From Eledone cirrhosa (lineage: Eukaryota), in NCBI GenBank assembly GCA_964016885.1, contig OZ024740.1, positions 433,194,001 through 433,258,000 of the forward strand: a stretch of 64,000 bases of DNA, written 5' to 3'. Of this stretch, positions 53,690 to 64,000 are shown in pieces. The stretch's first letter is position 1; each line of letters opens with the position of its first letter. The position numbers were made by a program, and so were the translations under genes. The notes below the pieces were generated by a model. It ran no database searches. It had not been told where the DNA came from and saw only the letters and a program-made list of their open reading frames with translations.

Positions 53690-56600
53690 TCGGTTCGGTG
53701 CAGTGCAGTGCAGTGCGGTGTGGTGTGGCATGGTGTGGTGTAATGTGGCGTAGTGTGGCATGGTGTGGCGTGGTGCGGTGTGGCATAGTGTAGTGTGATG
53801 TGGTGTGGCGTGGTGTAGCGTAGTGTCGTGTGGTGTAGCGTACTGTCGTGTGGTGTACTGTGGTGTGGCGTAGTGTAGTGTAGTGTGGTGTGGTGTGGTG
53901 CAGTGTGATGTGGTGTTATGTGGTGTAGTGTAGTGTAGTGTAGTGTGGTGTGGTGTGGCGTGGTGTGGTGTGGCATGGCGTGCTGTGGCGTAGTGTGATG
54001 TGGTGTGGCGTGGTGTAGCGTAGTGTCGTGTGGTGTAGTGTGGTGTGGCGAAGTGTAGTGTGGTGCAGTGTGATGTGGTGTTATGTGGTGTAGTGTGGAG
54101 TGGTGTGGTGTGGTCTAGTGTAGTGTAGTGTGGTGTAGTGTAGTGTAGTGTAGTGTGGTGTAGTGTAGTGTAGTATGGTGTATTGTGGTGTGGTGTGGTG
54201 TGGTGTAGTGTAGTGTATTGTAGTGTGGTGTGGCCTGGTGTGGTGTGGCGTGGCGTGGTGTGGTGTGATGTGGTGTAGTGTAGTGTAGTGTAGTGTAGTG
54301 TGGAGTGGTGTGGTGTAGTGTGGTGTAGTGTAGTGTGGTGTAGTGTAGTATGGTGTAGTGAGGTGTAGTGTGATGTAGTCTAGTGAGGTGAGGTGTAGTG
54401 TGGTGTAGTGTAGTGTAGTGTGGTGTAGTAGTGTAGTGTGTTGTAGTGTAGTGTAGTGAGGTGTAGTGTAGTGGTGTGTAGTGTAATGAGGTGTAGTGTG
54501 GTGTAGTGTAGTGAGGTGCATTGTGGTGTAGTGTAGTGAGGTGTAGTGTGGTGTAGTGTGGCGTAGTGTGGTGTAGTGTAGTGAGGTGTGGTGTAGTGAG
54601 GTGTAGTGTGGTGAGGTGTAGTGTAGTGCAGTGATGTGTAGTGTAGTGAGGTGTGGTGTAGTGAGGTGTAGTGTAGTGAGGTGTAGTGTAGTGAGGTTTA
54701 GTGTAGTGTGGTGTAGTGTAGTGAGGTGTAGTGTAGTGAGGTGTAGTTTGGTATAGTGTGGTGTAGTGTAGTGTAGTGTAGTGAGGTGTAGTCTAGTGTG
54801 GTGTAGTGAGGTGTAGTGTAGTGAGGGGTGGTGTAGTGTAGTGCAGTGTGGTATAGTGTAGTGAGGTGTAGTGTAGTGTGGTGTAGTGAGGTGAGCTGTA
54901 GTGAGGTGTAGTGTAGTGTAGTGAGGTGAGGTGTGGTGTAGTGTGGTGAAGTGTAGTGTAGTGTGGTGTAGTGAGGTGTAGTGAGGTGAGGTGTAGTGTG
55001 GTGTAGTGAGGTGAGGTGTAGTGTGGTGGAGTGAGGTGTAGTGTGGTGAGGTGTAGTGTGGTGTAGTGTAGTGTGGTGTAGTGAGGTGAGGTGTAGTGTG
55101 GTGTAGTGTAGTGTGCTGTAGTGTAGTGTAGTGAGGTGAGGTGTGGTGTAGTGTGCTGTAGTGTAGTGTGGTGTAGTGTAGTGTAGTGAGGTGAGGTGTG
55201 GTGTAGTGTAGTGTGGTGTAGTGTGGTGTAGTGTAGTGAGGTGTAGTGTGGTGTGGTGAGGTGAGGTGTGGTGTAGTGTGCTGTAGTGTAGTGTGGTGTA
55301 GTGTAGTGTAGTGAGGTGAGGTGTGGTGTAGTGTGCTGTAGTGTAGTGTGGTGTAGTGTAGTGTGGTGTAGTGAGGTGAGGTGTAGTGTGATGTAGTGTA
55401 GTGTGCTGTAGTGTAGTGTAGTGAGGTGAGGTGTGGTGTAGTGTGATGTAGTGTAGTGTGCTGTAGTGTAGTGTAGTGAGGTGAGGTGTGGTGTAGTGTG
55501 CTGTAGTGTAGTGTGGTGTAGTGTAGTGTAGTGAGGTGAGGTGTGGTGTAGTGTAGTGTGGTGTAGTGTAGTGAGGTGTAGAGTAGTGAGGTGTAGTGTG
55601 GTGTAGTGTAGTGAGGTGTAGAGTAGTGAGGTGTAGTGTGGTGTAGTGAGGTGAAGTGTGGTGTAGTGTAGTGAGGTGCGGTGTAGTGAAATGTAGTGTG
55701 GTGTAGTGAGGTGCGATGTACTGTGGTGAAGTGTAGTGAGGTGTGGTGTAGTGAGGTGTGGTGAAGTGAGGTGTGGTGTAGTGAGGTGTGGTGAGGTGTA
55801 GTATAGTGAGGTGTAGTGTAGTGTGGTGTAGTGAGGTGCGGTGTAGTGTGGTGTAGTGAGGTGAGGTGTAGTGTGGTGTAGTGAGGTGTAGTGAGGTGTA
55901 GTGTAGTGTAGTGAGGTGTAGTGTGGTGTAGTGTAGTGTGGTGAGGTGTAGTGTGGTGTGGTGTAGTGAGGTGTAGAGTAGTGAGGTGTAGTGTGGTGTA
56001 GTGAGGTGAGGTGTGGTGTAGTGTAGTGAGGTGCGGTGTAGTGAAATGTAGTGTGGTGTAGTGAGGTGCGATGTACTGTGGTGAAGTGTAGTGAGGTGTG
56101 GTGTAGTGAGGTGTGGTGAAGTGAGGTGTGGTGTAGTGAGGTGTGGTGAGGTGTAGTATAGTGAGGTGTAGTGTAGTGTGGTGTAGTGAGGTGCGGTGTA
56201 GTGTGGTGTAGTGAGGTGAGGTGTAGTGTGGTGTAGTGAGGTGTAGTGAGGTGTAGTGTAGTGTAGTGAGGTGTAGTGTGTTGTAGTGTAGTGTGGTGAG
56301 GTGTAGTGTGGTGTGGTGTAGTGAGGTGTAGTGTGGTGTGGTGTAGTGAGGTGTAGTGTAGTGTAGTGAGGTGTAGTGTGGTGTGGTGTGGTGTAGTGAG
56401 GTGTGGTGTAGTGTGGTGTGGTGTAGTGAGGTGTAGTGTGGTGTGGTGAGGTGTAGTGTAGTGTGGTGTAGTGGGGTGAGGTGTAGTGTGGTGTAGTGTG
56501 GCGTAGTGCAGTGTGGTGTAGTGTGCTGTAGTGTAGTGAGGTGAGGTGTGGTGTAGTGTGGTGTAGTGTAGTGAGGTGTATTGTGGTGTAGTGCAGTGTG

Positions 56601-57372
56601 GTGTAGTGTGCTGTAGTGTAGTGAGGTGAGGTGTGGTATAGTGTGGTGTAGTGTAGTGAGGTGTATTGTGGTGTAGTGCAGTGTGGTGTAGTGTGCTGTA
56701 GTGTAGTGAGGTGAGGTGTGGTGTAGTGTGGTATAGTGTAGTGAGGTGTGGTGTAGTGTGGTGTAGTGTAGTATGCTGTAGTGTAGTGTGGTGTGGTGAG
56801 GTGTGGTGTAGTGTGCTGTAGTGTAGTGTAGTGTGGTGTAGTGAGGTGTAGTGTAGTGTGGTGTAGTGTGGTGTAGTGCAGTGTAGTGTGGTGTAGTGTG
56901 GTGAGGTGTAGTGTGGTGAGGTGTAGTGTAGTGAGGTGGAGTGTAGTGAGCTGTGGTGTAGTGTGGTGTCGTGAGGTGTGGTGTAGTGTAGCGTAGTGTG
57001 GTGTAGTGAGGTGTGTAGTGTGGTGTAGTGAGGTGTAGTATAGTGTACTGTAGTGTAGTGTGATGTAGTGAGGTGAGGTGTAGTGAGGTGAGGTGTAGTG
57101 TAGTGAGGTGAGGTGTGGTGTAGTGTGATGTAGTGTAGTGTGCTGTAGTGTGGTGAGGTGTAGTGTGGTGTAGTGTGATGTAGTGTAGCGTGCTCTAGTG
57201 TAGTGTAGTGAGGTGTAGTGTAGTGACGTGTGGTGTAGTGTAGTGAGGTGTGGTGTAGTGTAGTGAGGTGAGGTGTAGTGAAGTGAGGTGAGGTGTAGTG
57301 TAGTGAGGTGAGGTGTAGTGAGGTGAGGTGTAGTGTAGTGAGGGGAGGTGTAGTGTAGTGAGGTGAGGTGTA
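53690..57372. repeat. 5-bp simple satellite (GTGTA/GTGTG/GTGAG)n, ~730 units
   Basis: Directly visible; source of the His/Thr/Tyr-rich minus-strand ORFs. Confidence 0.98.
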
Positions 57373-57489
57373 CAACTAGTTTCCAAATGTATAATAAAGA
57401 TAAGAGAAGAGAGACAGTCGTAGAGCTGCCACAACTTACAGTGGGGAACAACATACTGTTGCTATCCTTATACAGAGTAACAGCTGACA

Positions 57490-57680
57490 ATGGTTATTTG
57501 ATGTACTGAAAATAGCAGCTAAAGTACCTCAAATCACACCCTACTGTCTTACAGTGGGGAATAACATTAATACTCATCTGATATGCTGAAAATAGCAGCT
57601 AAATTATTCTCTAAAAAGGGAGAATGTATAAAGTAATGTAATTCTAGACAGCCCTAAACAGATGGAATGGTCATGGTAGG
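57490..57680 (+). repeat. Degenerate interspersed repeat fragment, related to 27465-27645
   Basis: ctgaaaatagcagctaaa occurs twice; cctcaaatcacaccctactgtctta motif. Confidence 0.4.
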
Positions 57681-57723
57681 AATAACTTTTGCAGATAATG
57701 AAGTAAAAATAAAGATGACAGAC

Positions 57724-57776
57724 CTTGCTGTTGGTGAACAGGGGATGATGTTGCACTTGTGGTTCTTGGTTGGGAT
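57724..57776 (-). CDS. Putative host-gene exon B (53 nt, phase 2-1): (R)SQPRTTSATSSPVHQQQ(D)
   Basis: Minus strand reads tttcttctttttttctttcaag|ATCCCAACC...CAGCAAG|gtctgt. Strong polypyrimidine tract; bridges exons A and C in frame. Confidence 0.65.
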
Positions 57777-57913
57777 CTTGAAAGAAAAAAAGAAGAAATA
57801 TTTGTATAAAAATTATTCTGATATATTAGTCCCCTGAAATAACCCTGAAAGAGCCAGAATTATATTTTCAAATATCAAATTCTTCTTTTAAAAATATACA
57901 TTGTAAAATCAAG

Positions 57914-58855
57914 AAGTGTATTTTACAACTAGATTTGATAAAGTAAGTGTATCTTACTATATTTGGTAAAGTAAGTGTATATTTTACTATATTTAATAAA
58001 GTAAATGTATATTTTACTATATTTAATAAAGTGTCTATTTTACAAGATTTGATAAAGTAAGTGTATATTTTACTATATTTAATAAAGTAAGTGTATATTT
58101 TACTATATTTAATAAAGTAAGTGTATATTTTACTATATTTAATAAAGTAAGTGTATATTTTACTATATTTAATAAAGTAAGTGTATATTTTACTATATTT
58201 AATAAAGTGTCTATTTTACAAGATTTGATAAAGTAAGTGTATATTTTACTATATTTAATAAAGTAAGTATATATTTTACTATATTTAATAAAGTAAGTGT
58301 ATATTTTACTATATTTAATAAAGTAAGTGTATATTTTACTATATTTAATAAAGTAAGTGTATATTTTACTATATTTAATAAAGTGTCTATTTTACAAGAT
58401 TTGATAAAGTAAGTGTATATTTTACTATATTTAATAAAGTAAGTGTATATTTTACTATATTTAATAAAGTAAGTGTATATTTTACTATATTTAATAAAGT
58501 AAGTGTATATTTTACTATATTTAATAAAGTGTCTATTTTACGAGATTTGATAAAGTAAGTGTATATTTTACTATATTTAATAAAGTAAGTGTATATTTTA
58601 CTATATTTAATAAAGTAAGTGTATATTTTACTATATTTAATAAAGTAAGTGTATATTTTACTATATTTAATAAAGTGTCTATTTTACAAGATTTGATAAA
58701 GTAAGTGTATATTTTACTATATTTAATAAAGTAAGTGTATATTTTTCTATATTTAATAAAGTAAGTGTATATTTTACTATATTTAATAAAGTAAGTGTAT
58801 ATTTTACTATATTTAATAAAGTAAGTGTATATTTTACTATATTTAATAAAGTAAG
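57914..58855. repeat. 30-bp AT-rich minisatellite (TAAAGTAAGTGTATATTTTACTATATTTAA) with a periodic 26-bp variant
   Basis: Directly visible; the 26-bp variant taaagtgtctattttacaagatttga starts at 58027, 58203, 58379, 58525 and 58671. Confidence 0.97.
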
Positions 58856-58892
58856 AAGAAGAGAAAATAGTAAATATGAGTTATTAAGTTAC

Positions 58893-59013
58893 CGGTCGTC
58901 GGAGGCCTGCAGCACTGCTGTTGTTTGTATTTCACTATAGCTACAGACGTCAAGAGCTGCAGCAATAACTGCTTTTGGTTGGTGAGGAAACTGTGCAACT
59001 AGCTTTTCAATCA
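58893..59013 (-). CDS. Putative host-gene exon A (121 nt, phase 1-2) encoding a CUE/UBA-like motif: IEKLVAQFPHQPKAVIAAALDVCSYSEIQTTAVLQASDD(R)
   Basis: The acceptor gagcag|TG is the first AG pair after a long pyrimidine tract; donor CCG|gtaact. The peptide fits the CUE pattern (L..xFP.....VI...L.........VL). Domain call is by eye. Confidence 0.75.
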
Positions 59014-59532
59014 CTGCTCACACAGGTGTACAGGTGTCACACAGGTGTATAGGGTGGACGGCAGAGAGGAGTGGAGGGGGGGGGGGGAGAAAGGGAAAAA
59101 AGAAGAGAAAATAATTTTAAAAATAAAACAAGCAAAAGAAGAAATTTCATTATTTTGGATGTGTGTGGTGAGAGGGGAGTAGTGTGTGGAAAGAGGAGGA
59201 TGAGAGAGAGAGGGAGATAGGGGGGGGGGGCATGGGAGAGGGAAGGAATGAGAGAGAGAGAGAGAGAAATGACTAGATATTTGTATTTGTCTGAAATATA
59301 TATGACAGGTAGAATAATTAAGGTAACATTTAATTAGTAAGATATAATGTAATACTGATGTAACAACTTACCTGTGGTAATTACCTGGGAGTCAGTATGT
59401 ATGTGTGCGTCTGTATGTATATATCTGTGTCTGCATGTGTATGTGTGTTTATGTGTGTGTCTGTATGTGTATGTGTCTATATGTATGTGTGTAAGTATGC
59501 CTCTGTGTGTGTATATATATGTATGTACATAT

Positions 59533-59726
59533 ATAATAATTGTTTCTACTTTAGGCACAAGACCAGCAATTACCCAGTGCATTACTGGTACTTTATTTTA
59601 TCGACCCCGTAAGGATGAAAGGCAAAGTGAACCTCGGCGGGATTTGAACTCAGACCGTAAAGGGAAGTAACTATGCTGGAAAGCATGGCGTCTGACCCTC
59701 TACCGATACTGCCAATTCACCGCCTT
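59533..59726 (-). mobile_element. tRNA-derived SINE
   Basis: Reverse complement reads ggcggtgaattggcagtatcggtagag (A box)...ctgagttcaaatcccgccgagg (B box)...tttcatcc..ggggtcgataaaataaagtaccag...agaaacaattatt. Confidence 0.88.
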
Positions 59727-59766
59727 ATATAATAATGTTACAATAATTTCATTATTATAATATGTA

Positions 59767-59960
59767 AAGGTGGTGAATTGGCAGTATCGGTAGAGGGTTG
59801 GACGCCATGCCTTCCAGCATAGTTACTTCCCTTTACGGTCTGAGTTCAAATCCCGTCGAGGTTAACTTTGCCTTTCATCCTTATGGGCTCGATAAAATAA
59901 AGTACCAGTAATACACTAGGTAATTGCTGGCCTTGTGCCAAAAGTAGAAACAATTATTAT
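59767..59960 (+). mobile_element. tRNA-derived SINE (head-to-head with the previous copy)
   Basis: ggtggtgaattggcagtatcggtagag...gagttcaaatcccgtcgagg...agaaacaattattat. Confidence 0.88.
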
Positions 59961-60065
59961 AATATGTAATACTGGTCACAATTTTGATGTCTTACATTCT
60001 GGAGATATGGTCAATATTAGGCCTTGAAACCTTAGGTAGCACTTTTGTTCCGTGTATGAACATAA

Positions 60066-60257
60066 TATAATTGTTTCTACTTTAGGCACAAGGCAAGCAA
60101 TTACCCCAGTGCATTACTGGTACTTTATTTTATCTACTCCGTAAGGATGAAAGGCAAAGTTAACCTCAGTGTGATTTGAACTCAGAACGTAAAGGGCCAT
60201 AACTCTATGCTACAAAGCATGGTGTCCAACGCTTTATCAATTCTGCCAATCCATCAC
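60066..60257 (-). mobile_element. tRNA-derived SINE, more diverged copy
   Basis: Same family sequence as 59533-59726. Confidence 0.85.
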
Positions 60258-60304
60258 ATAAATAAATAATATAATGACAAGTACGTTTGTTTTAAAACAG
60301 CGAG

Positions 60305-60507
60305 TTTGAAATAGAAAATAGAAGCTTATGCTGTATTTTTTTACTAAATTTTGAGAAATTTTAGCTTGATAGTTGGGTTTAGAACCCTCTAAGGAATGGA
60401 ACAAGATGAGTATTGACGTACCACTTTTTCCATTCCTTAGAGGATTCTAAATCCCACTATCAGGCTAACCTTTCTTTAGTCGAAAGCTTCTATTTTTCTA
60501 TTTCAAA
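60305..60507. repeat. ~200-bp imperfect palindrome (fold-back element)
   Basis: tttgaaatagaaaatagaagctt pairs with aagcttctatttttctatttcaaa; tgatagttgggtttagaaccctctaaggaatggaa pairs with ttccattccttagaggattctaaatcccactatca. Confidence 0.75.
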
Positions 60508-61487
60508 TAATATAATATTTCACTTCTTCATTGAGCAGTTTTCCTTTTTCACACCTACAGATATTGCTACACACACACACACAAACACACAAACACACAT
60601 GTATATATATTCAATTGAAGAAAGTTGGTTGATAAAAAATCTGCCGACTTATTCTTAAACAGACATGAAGCACTCCACGGTTTTTGTTCTTTACAATTTT
60701 CTCTGTAAGGTATCACCTGGAGTTTTAGAATAAATAAATAAAAGAGATGGTTTTATTTGTACATCTTCATTTAAAAGAGTTGATAAAAGGTCTAACAGCC
60801 CTGTCGAAACTGATTTGGACATTAAAAAGGAGCCAAGTACAATAGTCCCTTTCTTGGTCAAAACTTTCACATGCTATTCCTTATATAAATGGGTCTATAT
60901 CTAGAGGCTGTGACCTCTGTACTACAAAGACTTTACACATCATAAATAGTAGGCACAAAATTATCAATAAACGCTCTGATATATTTAATACTTGTTTACA
61001 TAAAATATATCAGACATTCTGCAGAGTATATAGTTAAAACTTCTGTAAGTAATATAAAATAGACCATTAACTAATTAATAAACCATTCATAAATATATAG
61101 ATACACCATCAAAGTACAAATAACTAAAATTAAAATCTAAGGAAAATCTAGTCCGGAATTAAAAATAAATAAATTTACAGTATTTCCAAGCCATTCTAAG
61201 AATCAAACGACAACTCTGGTAACCTGATACTCCAGCCAGCTTCCAATCACCAATGCCAGCAACAATACAGTCTCCCACTCATAATAGAACTGCTACAAGA
61301 GAAATCTAGCCATGTGTACTGGACAGCAAGGTTTGACACCTCGGACTGGTAGCATATCAATGGAAAAATACATCTCGTTTCATCTGAGGAGAACGTGTAA
61401 GGTGGTTATTATATATATCTACCTTACATCTTTGAAATTCGTACAACGAACTAGATAATAAAATGAAGATGTACAAATAAAACTGTT

Positions 61488-61528
<41 letters not shown>

Positions 61529-61643
61529 AAAATGTTCAAGACCCCGACGGCAGAGCTCAAGCCGTTTCAACGGTTATTTCTGGACTCTGGTGCATTATGG
61601 TCCACCTGGTTCCTTACCACACTTCCTTCGTTATATATATATA

Positions 61644-62870
61644 TGTTCAAGTGATGAAATTAATATTATCCTTACTGCTAGAAAGACTATTATTGATTTC
61701 AATGGTGAACTATGGACTAGAGCTGATAGACCTGGAAATTTTGACATCACCATGGGATCTACAGACTCGGCTCAGGTTACCGACCTCATTGGAATTTTTA
61801 TCCCTAACCTAATTCACAGAAGATTACCTGAGCTTGGCGAAGGTTTATATTGAGATGATGCACTTTTTGTGGTAATTAACCATAATAATAGCGCCCTTAA
61901 TAGGAAAAAGAAAATAATTACTGATTTTTAAAAATAATTACGGTCTTAAACTCAAAATAGAAAATAATAATAGAATAGTCAACTTCCTAGACATAACGTT
62001 AAACCTTAATTCTGGCCTTTACTATCCATTCCATAAATTAAACAAAAACCTTCATTATGTTAGCTTCCATTCAAACCACCCTAGAAACGTTAAAAGGGCC
62101 ATAGTTAATAGTGTTCAACAAAGAATCTCTAGACAGTAAGGCTAAATACTATAACAATGCGTTAAATAGAGCAGGTTAACCTGATAAAATTGAGTACATA
62201 GACAAAAATGATTACAATTAAACTTTCCTACTCGGCTACTAAAAATATTGCCCAAAATATAATTATAATTAACAATAGAAATCTCGGAACTAATCAGAGG
62301 GAGTTAACTGATAATAGTAATCTTGGAATCACTAATGGAATAAACAACATTTCAATTAGCAACGATTACACTAGCAACATAGATGATGAAAACCTAACAA
62401 CTTATAGACACAGAGTGGCATCATTGAATAGTAATGTAAGTAATTGTAATTGTAAAAAAAGTAATTTTTGCCAGTTAAATAAAAACTGTCTTGATCGTAA
62501 TTTAGTTTATAAATGCACTATTAAAACAAAAGATAAGTCCTATAACTATATTGGTGCCACCTCTTCAAAATTTGAAGAAAGATGGTACAACCATCACCAC
62601 TCCTTTAAAAGAGAAGATAAAAGATTTAGTACGGCCCTCTCTGAATTGATTTGGTCACTTAAAAATAATAATATTGAATATTCCCTTTCTTGGCAGAAAC
62701 TTTCTAATGCTTTGCCCTTTAAAAATGCTTCTGTATCTAAAGATGTGTCCTCTGTACCACAGAAATTCTATATATCATTTATAATAGGCAATTAATTATT
62801 AATAAACGATCTGAAATCTTTAGTTCTTGTCTTCACAGATTTTTGAAAATGTTTCATAGAGTGTTCAGTT
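61644..62870 (+). mobile_element. Decayed, 5'-truncated Penelope-like retroelement (RT C-terminal half + GIY-YIG endonuclease)
   Basis: RT motifs FDITMGSTDSAQVTDLIG, GLY*DD (catalytic YxDD with a stop), VNFLDITLNL and YVSFHSNHP. Then CNCKKSNFCQLNKNCL..LVYKC..YNYIGAT..FEERWYNH (GIY-YIG) and LLNKRSE. Multiple stops and frameshifts. Confidence 0.9.
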
Positions 62871-63675
62871 AAACTTAATAAAAAAAATTAAACAAGTAAA
62901 CTAATATATTTTTTTCATTATAACTTTTTCATCTACCTTATCTTTAGTTAGTATAATAAGTAAATTAAATTTGATAGTGATAAACTAGGCTATAATACAT
63001 ACATCTTTTCTTATAATAATAGTTACACAAGTAGTTAATATTTTCCTCTATTCATATAATACCTACTTAAATATAATTGTTGAAAGGAAAAATTAGGCCA
63101 CAGTAATAACATCTCTTCTTTTGAACTAAATATTTTATCCCATAGCATTATAACCCAATCAGTTATATAAAGAAAGCTATACCAATTGTTAGATATCTTT
63201 CCACTCATATAATACCAATAGAAATTATACAAAAACATGGATAATTTACCTTTGAATTTGTAATCCTAATTTTTCTTCTTTATAGTTACAATATTACTTT
63301 AACATCCTCAAATATTTTGTCTTTCGTATAATTTATATGTTTTTTGGTATAGTATCTATTTTAAGTTAATATAAGTAACATAAACTGACTAAATGTCTAT
63401 ATTTATTTATTATTTTGATCAATCTAATTACGTCATATTTTAAATAATTTCAAAAACTTTTTCCCACTTATGTAACACTTTCTGTGTTGGTTTTTTTTTG
63501 TCTAATCATAAGCTTGGTTGTCACCGATCTGGCCAGCTCGTTCGACCACCAGTATATCAAAAGAATCCTGCATCTCCTATGAATTTTGTCGGATGAGAAT
63601 ATGTTTTGGATTATGTTATAGTAGTAGTAGTTCGAAATATGTATAATAGAGATGATCTAAAGTAACTATCTTTTG

Positions 63676-63862
63676 TAGATTGGCAGTATCGGTAGAGGGT
63701 TGGATGCCATGCTTTGCAACATAGAGTTACGGTCCTTTACCGTGAGAGTTCAAATCCCGCCGAGGATAAATTTGCCTTTATCTTTACGGGGTCGATAAGA
63801 TAAGGTATCAGTAATGCACTGAGATAATTGCTGGCCTTGTACCAAGTGTAGAAACAGTTATT
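63676..63862 (+). mobile_element. tRNA-derived SINE, same family as 59533-60257
   Basis: attggcagtatcggtagagggttgga...gagttcaaatcccgccgagg...ggggtcgataa...agaaacagttatt. Confidence 0.85.
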
Positions 63863-63956
63863 TTTATAACAAAACTTCAGATAAATATATACCATTGAGT
63901 GCTTGACATCTGTTATATAAAAGTCAGCTGATTATAAATCAACTCTTTTTCATTGT

Positions 63957-63958
<2 letters not shown>

Positions 63959-64000
<42 letters not shown>
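63959..64000. repeat. (TA)n microsatellite running off the right edge
   Basis: Directly visible. Confidence 0.95.

Noticed and set aside
53587-57490. His/Thr/Tyr-rich ORFs (930 and 860 aa)
   Set aside because: Translation of a pentamer simple repeat; several frames are equally open.
60600-60720. Further upstream minus-strand exon after ttctaaaactccag
   Set aside because: No convincing donor or phase-compatible peptide could be identified; upstream exons of the host gene were not found in the window.
61848-61859. In-frame TGA in the Penelope-like RT motif (Y*DD) as possible selenocysteine, as reported for some Naiad elements
   Set aside because: The position corresponds to YRDD, so a single CGA/AGA-to-TGA change explains it, and the copy has other stops and frameshifts.

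Overview
Repeat-dominated metazoan genomic DNA. It is most likely octopus/cephalopod, inferred from recalled tRNA-derived SINE, RTE and CR1 sequence types and not verified by search. About 77% of the window is tandem repeat: a 33-bp satellite (1-26572, ~805 copies, runs off the left edge), a 63-bp satellite (~34173-52167, ~285 copies), a 5-bp GTGTA/GTGTG/GTGAG array (~53690-57372) and a 30-bp AT-rich array (~57914-58855). Nearly all long ORFs in the supplied track are artefacts of these arrays. Between the arrays, and missed by the ORF track, are four short minus-strand exons with GT-AG boundaries (59013-58893, 57776-57724, 52358-52250, 26657-26610). They splice in one continuous reading frame, and the first encodes a CUE/UBA-like ubiquitin-binding motif. 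Each downstream intron carries its own different satellite, starting ~35-350 bp after the 5' splice site. The rest consists of 5'-truncated RTE LINEs, a CR1-type fragment, a decayed Penelope-like element (RT + GIY-YIG), a non-autonomous Helitron, tRNA-derived SINEs (one head-to-head pair forms a long hairpin) and microsatellites.
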